64,000 nt of DNA, taken from assembly GCA_951406725.2 (NCBI GenBank), contig OX597816.1, positions 124,558,001 through 124,622,000 on the forward strand. Reading direction: 5' to 3'. The translations under genes were made by a program, and so were the position numbers. The notes under the pieces were generated by a model, which was not told the origin of the DNA, ran no database searches, and worked only from the letters and a program-made list of their open reading frames with translations. Position 1 is the first letter of the stretch, and each line of letters begins with the position of its first letter. This DNA comes from Octopus vulgaris (taxonomy: Eukaryota). Shown here piece by piece: positions 14,699-28,720 of the stretch.

Positions 14699-17600
14699 TA
14701 TATAAAACAGAAAATGGGACAAGTACGCAAAACATCCAGATAGACGATACAAAAAAAACAAGGACGGGTCATTCGGAGTTGTTTTCCTTAGTTAAGTTCC
14801 AGATTAGCTTTGCAATTTCGGCTGTAGTCAGCTTGCCAAAAAAATCTGTAGGTAATTTATATATTAAATTAATAATTATATGTATATGTATATAATAATA
14901 TATAATAATATGAAGGGAGCATGCTTGAAAATGCCAAGGCACTTAGATACTTCTATGCAGGAGATAGAACGTTTTTCGCCCTTCTCCCTTAATATCATTA
15001 CATACATATATATATATATAATTATTAATTTAATGTATGTATATATATATACAGGGAAAGAGAGAGACAGAGAGATTGTTTGAAGTGCTGAACAGATCAT
15101 ATATATTAATATATGAGTGTGTATTGGGCGTGTGTATTATGTATATATAGAAAGGGTTAGAGAGAATGAGAGGGGGGGAGAGAGCGAGGAGGGAGAGAGT
15201 GTGGGGAGGGATAGAGAAAGGCTGTTTTTCCTGGAATACATCGTTCAAACTAATCAAACTGTTTTCGAACATTTCAATACACCTGTAAATTGAATATACT
15301 CTGACTGTATATTTTCAGTGGCAAACCCCACAAAGAGATTATATGAGTTTGAAACGTATAAATATACCTTGGCTTAAAGATTTTACATAAATTTCCATGT
15401 TGCGTCTCTGTACTGGTGATTAAATGTTTTATAAGTATTTTTCTGCATCAGTAAGAGAAGACAGACAGCTGCGTCCTGTGGTGGCTGAGACATGAAGTTC
15501 CGAAAACACAGTAATGTTATAATAGCCATAAAAAATCATCAGCACATGTCGATTATTTTCTTGTATGAGTATTTTATCATCATCCAGCATTTGAGAAATC
15601 TAAAGTGACGGAGTACTCATTTTGGTTAGTTTAGCAGTAGATCAAATGTAACGTATTAAATTAATTTCAATTTAATTCAGTTGCCTTCTATGTTTTGTCG
15701 TTGTATAAAAATACAAAGATATTTTCATTGTAAATGTAGTTTATACAATTATAAAACATAAAACAATTTATACGTATCTTAGTACACAGGAGGCAGAAAT
15801 ATTAATTTTTAAAACCCAAAAATATTACATAGTTTTTCTTTTATAACTTTGCTGTTGTATTCTAAATATTAATAGATATTACATATATTTACATTTGCAA
15901 ATAATTTTAAACTCTTTATATTCTGCACCTAAATTTAATAGCTGCTTTTATAATTGATAGGAGTTTTGAAATAATCAAATTTGTGTTGAATATTGTAGGA
16001 GTTTCAACAACAACAAAAATCAAAAGCAATCATATATATTGTATATCCTTGATGTTAAATAACAAACAAAAAAGGTATATTTTCATTAGGTAGGTACAAT
16101 ATGATCTGTCATATGGATATTGACAATCAAATTAACAATATCTATGCACATTAGTTGTACACATTTCAAATTTTCTAGAGGGAAATGGAAGGAAAAACAT
16201 CGACAGGGAAAGAGGTAAACTCAGGCAGTAAAGAATCAAAGTGAATATAACTGCTAGTGCTTCACCTTATCAAATGAGATTAATAATCAGCAACGATATA
16301 TTTGCAATACAGTATTAGATATAGCATACATACAATAAGCGGGGTCAGTAGGAGTATGTAATGTAGTGGACTCTCTAACATGCGCCATTTATTTATGTAC
16401 ACCTATATTTTGAGAGCAAATCTTATCGAAACTGACGTAATTATCATGCCTTGGCCCTCAGTAGAGTAAGTACACCTCTTTGCTGCAAGCGGATTTCGTC
16501 AAGTAATCGTACATACACACCTGTGGCTTTGTAACAATATCAAAAAAATAAAAATTAGTTGTGTAGGTATACCAGGTTGAGTCAAGCTTTAATCAATATT
16601 TAGAAAAATACAAACTAAAAGCGTTTATTCATCAAATTTTACCTTACCATATACTATTGTCTGTAGCGACCGCTGTGCAGGAAGCTCAATTCCACCCTTT
16701 ATACTACATGGCTGGTGTAGAGGCAAAACCCTCCCTGCACCTGTTCTCAGGCTCGTCTATATAATGTTGAACTTCCGTTCGTACAGTAAATGAGGCCTAG
16801 TTCGGAAAAAGTGGGAACCTGATGGTGCAAAACCAGGGCGGGAGGAAGAATGAAACAATACTTCCAGCACCTCAAGTTACTCTGTTTATGCTTGATCATA
16901 TTGACAGTCTGTACGCCGTGAGAGTGCGTGTTTTCGATGGCCCGATGCGAAGTAGAGGGCTCTCAAAGCTATTATCAAAGCTGTGAAATGAAAAATATAT
17001 ATTTACATGTTATAATGAAAATAAAGAATAAACAATTTAGCAACAATTGAACAAGTTGTATCAAATTAATGATATAATATAGAGACACAATTTGCCAAAA
17101 ATCATGCGAAAAAATCTTTAAAAAAAAATGGTATAGTCGAGGCTTCTTTCTTCCTCCAGCGCATCGCTGGTACTTATTTTATCGACATGAGAAGAAGAAA
17201 AGACAAAGTTAACATTGACGGTATTTGAAGAAATACGTTAGTCAAATATACTGTTCGTCTTTCAACATTAGATGGTAAAATCATTGAGCCGACAATATTC
17301 TTGTTTTCTTATTATATTATTACATATTTCACCGATTCTATAGTTCTGAAAGAAAAAGTACACTGCGAAGCAATTCGAACATAAAACATAAAACAGGAAC
17401 CAATCACGCTACAAATTCAAAGCCGGGATTTAATTTGTCCGCCAGTTCACCTCGTGGTCGAAAGCCATTTGTAATCAGCAACGATCACGGCCTTTTGTTC
17501 CTCATGCTACCAATACTATCAATACAGACTCCTTATCTCAGTAATAAAGTGGCTTGCTTGGCTATTATAAACATGTTCTACACATGCATTTGTTCTATTA

Positions 17601-18487
17601 ATGGTTGACAAGAATCTGAATGAAAGAAAATTATCCAGTTTTCTGAATTATATTCGATCAGGTTTCCAAGAAGAAGCGCAATAATGTTTATACAAGCAAC
17701 GAAATGAATGGCACATTTACAATTGGTAAAGGAAATTCGAAACGTAGAAACATTGTTTTTCAAATTGCTTAAATAATATTTGTATAGTGTTTAATGTTAG
17801 TACCAAACGAATATAAGGTCAATTTAATCAACTTCATCCGTCCCAGAAATTTGAGGCATTGAGCTTATACACGAAATTAATGTTAGAATTTAAAGAATAA
17901 TGATGTACTAGGTCATTGCTTTATTGTTATGGTCAGCAGAGAAGTTAAATGTTGTAGATTCTAGTAAGAGGATAGAGTAGAAACTGAAACTAGAACACGT
18001 ATACTGAGATGTGTTATGTAGCAGCTACCTAACCATACATCTACTTTCTCGGTCTATCTACCTCTACAATATCTACTATTCTATCCAACAATCGACATAT
18101 CTATCTACACACATGAATACACAAATTAAGTATAGTATATATATCCCATTCCCATTGTTAATAAATCTATCTAGGTTTTGTCTGCAGCTTGCTTCAATTC
18201 ATCTTTCATGCTTTCTCGATCTTATTCTTCTTCAAAACTTTTGCTTTATGTCTTCCTTCCTTTTGGACATACACACACACGTACACACACATAAATCTTC
18301 TTTCTCTTTCCCTTTGTGTACAAACACATACAAGTACATGTGTATGCCTATGTTAACATATGCATGTATCACCCAGTAACATATAAAAAGCACACACATA
18401 ATATACACATGTGTCTATAATAAACTATATATACATGTGTATGTCTGCATGTGCGTGTCTACATGAATGGATGTTTAACACAGTCAC

Positions 18488-18885
<398 letters not shown>

Positions 18886-19287
18886 CGCATGCTTGTAAAT
18901 ATGTTTGGATATAGATAGCACTAACGTCCCGTCATGCAGACATACACGCACATACATATGCATGCAGTAGACAACTTTGTGAGCATTATGTGATGTTTTA
19001 TTATATCCAACATTTCTCGGCTCAACAATTGCCTGGGGCAAACTAGCGAGCAGAAGATCTCATGCTAGCCATGCTTAGTTGTTATTCCAACAGCGCATAC
19101 AAAGGAATGTCATACACAATTACTAGTAAATTATATTCACGCTTAGAGCAAACGACAGGGAAGCAACGCTGTACGATTGGTATTTTTGTAGATAATATGA
19201 GTGAAATTCCCTCAATACATTTAGTAATAATTCGATGTGAAATGACACTTGGGACGATGATGATGATGATGAAGACGGAGGGAAGAA

Positions 19288-19410
<123 letters not shown>

Positions 19411-19563
19411 GTTGGTTCTCATTTTTTCTTATTATTTGCTAAACACAGAGTTTAAGATTGGCTCAGGTGTTAGCGAAAAAAAAAAGGTTGACGGTTGTCA
19501 AACGTACGCAATCCCGAGCAGGTCTAACCATGACAACCTCCTCCTTATGCGATATTCCTTTGA

Positions 19564-19627
<64 letters not shown>

Positions 19628-19650
19628 ACATACATACATATATATATATA

Positions 19651-19745
19651 TGTTTCGAGCCTACGCTGTTCGATAGAAAGGAATACGAGAAAATAGAGAA
19701 AGAAAACAACATGTAAAGTTCAGCGGTCCAATAAAGATAATTACT
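19651..19745 (-). mobile_element. Truncated copy of the HHR-bearing repeat family also at 31210 and 37656
   Basis: gtttcgagcctacgct.ttc.a.agaaag is shared by all three loci; starts at (TA)n. Confidence 0.65.
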
Positions 19746-19762
19746 AAATATATACATATATA

Positions 19763-20482
19763 CAGGAAGCGATGGTTAAATTGTGGCCATTTTTATATTT
19801 TTAATTTCACGTATGTGTATTGTTTGTTTTCATTTCCTTGACTACACAGTATAGTAGGGTCAGTTGTGCACCGTCTGTGAGAAGAACAGCACCATGACGT
19901 AATTCACTCTGCCAGAAATTTGGAAACGACGTGCTGTACTGCTTGGCAGCTGTACCGGAAGCTGCAATACGAACATTTAGGAGTGATTGGGTGTCAATCT
20001 GAGGACAGTGCACGGATTCGGAAAGAATTGAATGAGTCTAATGGTGATTACGAACGTAAAGCAACTCGGAAAATTCACTCTGAATTAACAATGATCCCTT
20101 TAAGTCATTTTGGTATATCGCCAGGTACACGAGAGTGTCTGAGCTTCTTATCAGACATTTGGTATTCCTCATAGAAGATGAGAAAGGGCCAATGTTTATC
20201 CCCAAGCCGTCAAGGAAAAGAGGAAAGGCTGCACTTCAAGGCCTTTGAACAAACTCAATCTTCCCCTCCAAACGAACATGCTTTGTTATTTACAGAAGAG
20301 AAAATTTTCTGCCAGGATCAGGTGGTGAACACACACAACATCCGTTGGTTTGGAATGTTCCCAAAATATGTACCAAGGGTGATAAAAATCAAACATCTAG
20401 TCAACATTATGACGTTTGGATTATTCACTAGTGATGATGATTTTATGCCTCCATCCATCTTCCCACACGGCCTCCGACTAAC
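19763..20482 (+). mobile_element. Tc1/mariner-superfamily (maT/DD37D-like) transposon remnant, 3'-truncated
   Basis: ORF 20178..20540: LFTEEKIFCQDQVVNTHNIRW..VPRV.K.KH..NIMTFGLFTSDDDFMPP.IF resembles FSDEK.F...N.QN.R..VMV.G.I.S.G; TA-CAGG terminus at 19761. Confidence 0.7.
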
Positions 20483-20483
20483 A

Positions 20484-20539
<56 letters not shown>

Positions 20540-22360
20540 AGTACATTAGAAGGCCTCCAATAAAGAAGCAAGTGCTAGATACACGAAGAGGGGATAAATT
20601 CATGAAATGGAAAGAAAATCAAAAACGTTTATCATCTAGACTAATTCGTCTTTTGTGCTTGGTCACTGGTAATAATAATTTATTTTATCACCCTTTTTAC
20701 TATGTTATATATATATATATATATATATATATACAAATATATGTTTGTGTGATTAATTGTAGACAACAGACCAACGAGGATGATAGCGGCGTTCTGTACC
20801 AAAATGTTGCATAGTGACTAACTTCAGTATCCCTAATCTGTGAAATATATCAGCACTGCCATTATTAAATAACCCGAAGAAAAACTCCGTGACGATGTCT
20901 GTACAGAGTTACTCATGCTAAAACTATCAGCAAAATCCTTCTCGAATAATACCCTGCTGTATTGTAAAAGTAACATATACAATGGACTAGTGCAATCTGC
21001 AAGAAAAAGACTAGGAAGAGAATATGGCCTTTGATTGAAAGTCTTAGTTTATATCTACATTATTTGGATTTATGAACGTTGACAACAATATTAACTTGGA
21101 GTAAGTTTCACTTCTAAGAATCACGTTTTAGCACGATATGTACATATTACATTTATTAAAACCGTGTAACACAACAGTAAACGGTATTATTTATATTGGT
21201 TCGAATTCAAAAGTAGTATTAACAGTACCGTTTTGAAAATATACCGCAGTGTATTCACCATGCTTAGCTAGATCTAAGCCTCATACAATGTCTCTAGTAT
21301 GCACTGCATATATTAAAATCGTAGAACAATCAAGACAGACATGAACCTTTTTTATAACTATTTTAACGCCAACTCATGTTTACTTAAATTACATATCTGA
21401 TTCGCGTAGCATTTCCATGCAGGATATGATGGTTTCAGTTTTTAGCAACTGGGTCTTTATTTAGAAATCGTTGCTACCTCTTAGCTTACATACTTATTCT
21501 TTAATGGTGTAATCTACGTTTCTTGGTTTGATTAATGTAATGAAAACTTTAAGCTGATTACTTTAAGATGATCTCTGCGGCTGGTGTCTGTCATAAATCA
21601 AAGTCTGGTGGGTTTTGGCTTTTGCGCATCTAGAAAATGTTTCTGCTAGTGTTAACTCCAAATCAGCCCTATGATCTATGATCGAAGACGTCCTATCACC
21701 ATCTCGTCTTTTATTAGTTAGTGTGATAAATGTGCTCATTATATAATGAATCCTTTAGACTATGTATATAGAAGTAAATATGAGTACATTTTCTGTGTAA
21801 ACTTTAGAGAGCACAATTAAGACCACATTATCCAATGTGTCCAACGTTTCATCTGGAAACGTATAATTTGAGGGTAGTTTGGCTGCTACTTCCAGCGGAT
21901 ACAATGACGGTTGTAAAATCTTATTCGTTAACGTGTTTATATTGTTTCGCATGAAGGTGATATTGCACAAGTTACATAGAATACCGGTGCATTTTTTGTA
22001 CCTTTCTCATTTGCATAAACCCCTTTTACGTTTAATTACTATTCTTTTTCTATTAACAGCCACACGTCATCCACACGTCAGTCAAACCTGCCATAATAGA
22101 ACACGTAACAATTATCTCTTCTCCATATGCGTTTATATATAACCGTGTACAGGTATTTCGGTCTATCTTAATCCCTGACAACACAACTATACCTATTTCA
22201 GAGACGTAACTATTTGCGTTATTCACTTTACCGTCCTTGTTTTGTAATGAGTATTTCCGTGCAATATTCAGATACGTATTGCTCTTGCGAGACAGACATT
22301 CTTCTGGTGTTGTTACTGCTGTAGCTGGCATAATTATTAATGGTATTGTATAATATATAG

Positions 22361-22670
22361 TGAAGGCAGTGGCTTAGTGGTTAAAGTATTCGGCCCACGA
22401 TCGTTGGTTAAATTCCCGGCGACGCGTTCTATGATTGTGCAAGACATTTTATTTCTCATTGATAAAGTCTGATCATCTAGCAAAAATGAATTGTACTTGT
22501 ATTTCAGAGGACCAGCCTTGTAACACTCTGTGTCATGCTGAGTCTCCCTGAGAACTACGTTAAGGGTACATGTCTTTGTGAAGTGTTCAGTTATATGCAC
22601 GTTAAATTCACGAGCAGGCTTACCCTTGATCGGATCAACTGGAACGTACGTCGTCGTAATCGATGGATTA
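22361..22670 (+). mobile_element. tRNA-derived SINE related to S2 in head and core, different tail
   Basis: A-box TGGCTTAGTGG, degenerate B-box GGTTAAATTCCC, gcaagacattttatttc core. Confidence 0.7.
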
Positions 22671-23149
22671 TAATATATAATGACTGGTATAATTTTTACG
22701 TAAATTATATTTTTGTAGTTTAGTCACAGGTCAGGTCTAATGAATTAATTGGGCATACATTATTTTTTTATCAGAATTAGTACTTGGTTTACATAAGTGA
22801 CTGCTTATTCTGGCAGTTAGACGCACCTTTCTTTCCTTTTTGATGATACTGCCATTATAATGACGCTTTGATGATACTGCCTTTGAAACTGGTATTTATT
22901 TGTAATATTTTATTGCCTTCACCAAGCTTAAAGGACTGTTACTATTATATCATCATGATGTAGAATACATCGGAAATCGAGGTAGTAAATACCTTATTAA
23001 AGAAATATTAAGTGATAACTAGTGGGCCAATATGGTTTCACCTGAAAAGGTAGGTCTATACTGGGTAGTGGTATGTGTTTTGCTGACTCAATGAGCCAAT
23101 GAAATGCTTGCTTGTTCTGGATCTCAAGATGTACACAAACACACTTATA

Positions 23150-24330
23150 ATCATTAAAATTTCTTTAAATCCAAAATTATTCATTCAAATTATTTATTAA
23201 TTGTTACAATGTGAATATGTAATATTTAGTAGACATGACCTTTGCATTTTTCAATGCAAGGACCGTATTAAGCATGTTACTGATCAGATGAATATTCTCT
23301 TGCGGAATTCTTGCGAAGTTTCATGCAGTAATCTCAAAAGGTCTGGCTCTGATTTTATGATGTTCTCTGTCCATTATGTCCCAGAGGTATTCAATAGAGT
23401 TCATATCTAGTGACTGGCTTGGCCATGGAAACTTATAATGCCATTTTCATCCAATGAATCTTGGGTCATTTTAGCTGTGTGACAAGGAGCTCCATCTTCC
23501 ATAAATAAAGAGTCTTCTATAATCATTTCACCAGCAGAGAAGATTGGAAGAATTTCTTACTGCAATATGGACACATATTTATCTGAGTTTATGTTGTCCT
23601 CACACTCCACCATTTCTGATCAACAGTTGCTCCAAATTGCTCCTCAGACCATCACAAAAGAGCTGGCGGGTTTCATTGTTCGATGTAATCTTTTCACATC
23701 AAATTCTTTATCACAGAGTCTCCAGACCCACACTCGACGATTGTCAGGAGATACATCCTATCTGGACTCATCAGAGTATATGACAGGGCCCCGAAATTTT
23801 TGTGGCTACTCCACCTTCTCACTGGCTCAATCTTCTCCGTTTGATTTTGGCTGGTCGAAGAAGTGGTTTTCTTCTTGCTGCTCTGCCACAGTAATCAAAT
23901 TTGTGGAGATACCTGACAGCTGTTCTGGGACTGGTATCAACTCGTTCTGCTATGTCAGAGGCCTTGCATCGAAGATTATCCATCACACTTCTCTTAACAA
24001 AGAGAAGAGTCCTGTCAGAGGGCCCTGGTTGATCCGGGTGAGGTAATGTGAACTCCTCCCCATCTCTGACGAATTGCACAATCACTCGGTTAAGTATAGA
24101 AAGTGGGATCCCAATGTTTGACTGCAATGTTACGCTATGTCCACCTTCAGAATGACCCACGATACGGCCTCTTTGAAATTCAGACAGCTCCAAGGCTTCT
24201 TTTGAACATGGCATGATTAAACCTGAAATATAAAAATGTCAGTTAATAAAAATATAAACCTTTACAAGATAGAATAAACACAAAACGATGTTTTATGGAG
24301 TGTCTATTTACTTCTGCGATGAATTAAAAT
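23150..24330 (-). mobile_element. Tc1 (DD34E) transposon remnant with frameshifted transposase at about 24214-23222
   Basis: HTH region ELSEFQRGRIVG...AARRKPLL (ORF 23819..24214), FMEDGAPCHTAK (~23470-23505), WPSQSLDMNSIEYLW (~23380-23425), C-terminal TKY; termini not resolved. Confidence 0.9.
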
Positions 24331-25698
24331 GGGGTTACGAACAAAATAGTCTGTATCACCTAGAAACGGGCCAAGTGGAAGCTATCTCTGAAAGATTACG
24401 AAGAAGTGGAGAACGCTCACATCTCCGAAAGCTATTATTTACTCATCGTGTTGCCTTGCCTCAGTTTTCATTTCAGCAGGTTGACCCATTTGTCTGGACT
24501 TCCGCATCTGTGGAAGGTTGCAGTTTTCCTGGTTAGAAATTTGATCTGCTTTGAATACCCTCTGTGGCCACGTGTAGTAAAACCGGCAAGTAAGAGAGTA
24601 ACATTCATTGAATTATGATTGAAAAGGGGTACCGATTGGAAATCAAGGTGGTTGGATATTTGGGATAACCCTATCTTCTAGAGGTGGCAGATGATACCCT
24701 ATTGCGGGTCCTTCTTAATATATAGTAAATGAACTTTTAATCTGTGTTTATGTCATGTTTCGTAATCTCAATTATTTTATTGTGTGTACATCCAGTACGT
24801 TCCTTTGTAATTATTTTGTAAGAACAAATAAACGTTCCGTATTTTTATGACGTAAGCTCCTGCCAACAAAAACGAAATAAACCTCCTTCTCCTTCTTCCT
24901 CCTCCTTCTCCTTCTCCTCCTGCTCATCATCATCATCATCATCTTCTTCTTCAACTGTTAACTACTTCTAAGAAGTAGCAGATGTAATTGTAGTAGTCGT
25001 CATGTTTTGAGTGTTGCTGTTGTCTTTGATGTAGCTGTTGGTATTTCAGTCACTTTCAATGCCACAGTTATTGTTACGCATAACACCCTTTTTGTTATTG
25101 TTGTTGTATATGATGACGATGATGTTGATGATAATGACGTGTTACCAATTTATATCCGAGAGCGAACTCAATTAACCAGATCTGTGTAAAGGAATAATGT
25201 AAAATTCGCCAACGTTTAGTTGAATCTTAAATGATCGATTCTAATTCAGTGTTAGAACTTTCATAGGTGCCAGTGGCAGATAATTCTTTTGAAATATAAA
25301 ACTAAATAGTTTGATCTAGAAATAGAAAAAGTAGGATCACGAAACAAAACGCTAGTTTTAGAGCGTATTTAGACCCGATTACTTTCTCTAAAGAAATCTG
25401 TAATGTTTATGCAAATAGAAATGTATCAAACAGTAGCCCGTTTTTGAGTTTAATTTCTTGTCTGTTTCTCCCACACGCTCTCTCTCTCTCTCTCTGTCAC
25501 ATCCCCCCCCCCCAAAAAAAAACAAAGAAATAAACCAAATATGTTATCAATCTCTCCAATAGCAAAACACTAGCAATTTGGTGAGGTTGATTGAAATATC
25601 ATCCTTCGAAAGAGTTTTATTTGTGTAAGATATATGCCAATGATCTATATAGCAATGTCTTTCAAATTGAATTAATCTGCACGTCGAATACACTGCCG

Positions 25699-25784
<86 letters not shown>

Positions 25785-27290
25785 TGCATATGCATTTTCA
25801 TACCATTGTTTAAAACTGCTTGTATACCTGTGTGCGCATACATATGAGGATATTGGAAAATGTGAAATAGTTATTTTATGGAAATATATACAATTTATTC
25901 GGAAACAATTATTTTCTGCAACTTTTGGCTGAGTGAATCACTATCTCTGTGTTTATTTTGTGAACCATTTCCTTTTGCATTATTTCCACTCATGCAGACT
26001 TCGATGCGTCTATATGCAATCATTATTTTCGGACTTCATCTCAGCCGCTTTAATTGCTATGTTTCGATCCGTTTGATATGAGATATTAATTAAAATGCAT
26101 CTTTTGTTTCTATAGATTTTAAATGACTTTGTCTGTTCAGTTGGTCAATGTCGAACTACGTTAACACATTCCTATCACTTCTTTCTTTGCAACAATTTTA
26201 CACTTTTCTATAGTGTTAATTGAAATTACATAATATCTAGGTGTAACAATAGGATTTTGTGCATATGCAAATTGCAGCTCTGTTTTGACATATATTCAAC
26301 CAATTTTAATCAGAAACTACCAACTATTCGATGATGTTTATAACATAACGTTGCAGTTTTGTAGTGATAACTGTTATAGAGATGTTGATACTGAAATACA
26401 GATTTAACTCCTTTACGTCCATTTTTTAATACCTCTGGCTTATATCGTAATGATATGTGTTTTCTCTCTTTTACATGCTCCGTGTTGTGAAAATGATAGT
26501 ATCTGGTTCATATCATGTAGTTTGTTTTCTTTGTTACGTTTCAAATACTAATGGCGTACATTTTGTACACATGTTTGCATCTTATTTATCTATATGTGTA
26601 TTGTCTTTAGCGACAGTTCCAATTTTATTCATAGAGAGATTATTTTCCCATAATGAAAAGATTTGATACGCATATTGCGATTCAAATTATTAGTGATAGT
26701 TGGAAATAATAGACCGAATGCTTTGTTAGAAGACTATCATCCTATAAATGTTGGTTAATTCCAGTAGTAGTCTCTTTGCATCGATGAATTGGTGGAGATG
26801 GTGATGCTATTATTCATTGTAGTTTAAAATATTCCAGCTGAGCCAGCTATTTTTAGTGTTTTGCTAAATACATATGGCTCATAATTTTCGTTAGTTGAAC
26901 AAGAGATATTCTTTTTTTCATCACTTTCTCCGTCGAGGCTGTTGTTAGACATCGTTAACATTATTTAAGAAAGAAATTCTGTGACATTCGTCGCCAAGAA
27001 AGGACTGGCTCTCTAATTTCCTTATGCAGTTGGACGTATCGGAAATAGAGTCGTCGGCACCATATTAAAGAAATATCAATTAGTAAGAGGAGCACTCTTT
27101 AACCAAGATACGTTGGTTAATTTGTAAAACAGAGAAGCAATTACATACTGGTTAATGGTAGTATCATACTTTAAAGAGTGTTTTAACAAGCAGACCTATA
27201 ATGTAGTTCTATATTTAAGAAATGAGGAATTATGTGCCTTATTTACATTATTTACATTTGACAGATATTTCCCTTATCTTGTTTGTTGTT

Positions 27291-27336
27291 AACACAACGT
27301 TTCGGATGATATACTCTCCAGCCTTCATCGGGCGTC
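27291..27336 (-). ncRNA. Minimal type-I hammerhead (left arm, core CCGATGA)
   Basis: Minus strand: GACGC-CCGATGA-aGGCTGgagagtatatCATCC-GAAAC-GTT-GTGTT. Confidence 0.65.
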
Positions 27337-27383
27337 TTGGGAAAATGTCGAACCTGGGTTCTCAATCCTAAGTTATTTTTTGA

Positions 27384-27461
<78 letters not shown>

Positions 27462-27463
27462 CA

Positions 27464-27534
<71 letters not shown>

Positions 27535-27538
<4 letters not shown>

Positions 27539-27670
27539 TAACTACCAAGAATCGAACTCGGAATCTTGAGTTTAGTAGCCCGCGCTCTTAACCGCTACGT
27601 CATATTCCCACGGGCATATGACGTAGTGGTTAAGAGCGCGGCTAAGAGTTCGATTCCAGGCAGTCACCTG
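27535..27670. mobile_element. Two divergent tRNA-like Pol III heads (27535-27609 minus; 27612-27670 plus)
   Basis: Each reads GGG.ATATGACGTAG.GGTTAAGAGCGCGG...GAGTTCGATTC (A- and B-box-like); 2-nt spacer; the right copy is internally deleted. Confidence 0.8.
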
Positions 27671-27700
27671 AATAATAATAATAATAATAACAACAACAAC

Positions 27701-27748
<48 letters not shown>

Positions 27749-27749
<1 letters not shown>

Positions 27750-28270
27750 GCTTCTGATCTTAACTGATTGGAAGTGTTATCATGTACATTGTTTTGTCTA
27801 GGTATAAAAGATGGGTTACAGCAAATATTCTGCTTAATACCACAGATTTGCTTGTCAGTTGTTTGGCCTGAACCAGTTGACCATGTCCCTTAGTGGCTGA
27901 CGATATGTGCCTCTCTGATCACGAGCAGAAGTAGTGGGGGAGCATCATAGCCATGTGTTGAGAGGGATTCTTTGGGGTTTGAATAATTCACCTCTAGAAA
28001 CATGGGTGGTTCTTTCAACATCCTTAAACAACCCTTATTCAGGGACCTTTTGAGCGGGATGGGCTACTCAACCTGAAGAAAATTCTAACTGGGCCCCACT
28101 TGCAATGTCATGTGTTGTTTATCTTGATATGAGAACACCATGTCGCGCACATATGGTAGTGATGCATGTGCCTAATGTACCCTTATCAGACGGGTAGTCA
28201 TGATGGGTATACTGGGCTTCGTATATTTTACCCCAGTGTCACTTGGATGGCATGCACTGCTCTCTCACTC
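27749..28270 (+). mobile_element. Non-coding (AAT)n-tailed retroposon (possibly Dong-related) nested in the (AAT)n linker
   Basis: Homologous to 9157-9527; (AAT)n on both sides. Confidence 0.75.
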
Positions 28271-28283
28271 AATAATAATAATG

Positions 28284-28364
<81 letters not shown>

Positions 28365-28429
28365 TTAATAATAATAATAATATCGAAAAATACCTTAGGA
28401 ATGAAAACCCAGTTTCGAAATTTCTCCAA

Positions 28430-28475
28430 AACATCTGATGAAGGCTGGAGGGTATATCAGCTGAAACGTTGTGTT
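28430..28475 (+). ncRNA. Minimal type-I hammerhead ribozyme, intact core
   Basis: AACAT-CTGATGA-a-GGCTG-gagggtatat-CAGCT-GAAAC-GTT-GTGTT; 5-bp stems I and II with G-U pairs, palindromic ACGT stem III, predicted cleavage after 28470. Confidence 0.8.
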
Positions 28476-28539
28476 AACAACAAACACGATGAGGACAAAT
28501 ATCCGTCAAATTTAAATAATGTAAATAAAGACCTATAAC

Positions 28540-28720
28540 GGTTTCAAATTTTGTCACAAGGCCAGTGATGTCCGGGAGAGGGCAGGTCGATTACATCGAC
28601 CCCACTGCTGAAATGGTACTTTTGACCTCGAGAGGATAATAGGCAAAGTTGATCTTAACGACATTTGAACTCAGAACTTAGTATGTCCAGCATACTAACG
28701 ATTCTACCAGCTCGCCGACT
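28540..28720 (-). mobile_element. tRNA-derived SINE (family S1)
   Basis: caaggcc...gtcgattacatcgacccc...aggcaaagttga...tttgaactcagaa...ctaacgattctaccagctcgccg. Confidence 0.8.

Larger units (their letters stand above)
27192..28538. mobile_element. Head-to-head palindromic tRNA-head/(AAT)n/hammerhead element with 10-bp TSD and a nested insertion
   Basis: AGACCTATAA at 27192-27201 and 28529-28538; inverted HHR arms ~27240-27385/28382-28528; inverted tRNA-like heads 27535-27609/27612-27670; (ATT)n to (AAT)n polarity switch across the centre. Confidence 0.75.

Noticed and set aside
16662-16990. GC-richer block starting TGTAGCG, possible second LTR
   Set aside because: No matching CA end with TSD found
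23567-24046. 159-aa plus-strand ORF (also 11807..12088 and 12462..12869)
   Set aside because: Antisense shadows of Tc1 and mariner transposase remnants
24330-24725. Probable DNA-element fragment next to the Tc1 (also 2500-2680)
   Set aside because: Looks repeat-like but no TIR, TSD or motif allowed classification
27535-27670. Possible tRNA genes (loop CTACTAA)
   Set aside because: Acceptor and T stems pair poorly, one copy is deleted and both run into (AAT)n; SINE heads rather than tRNAs
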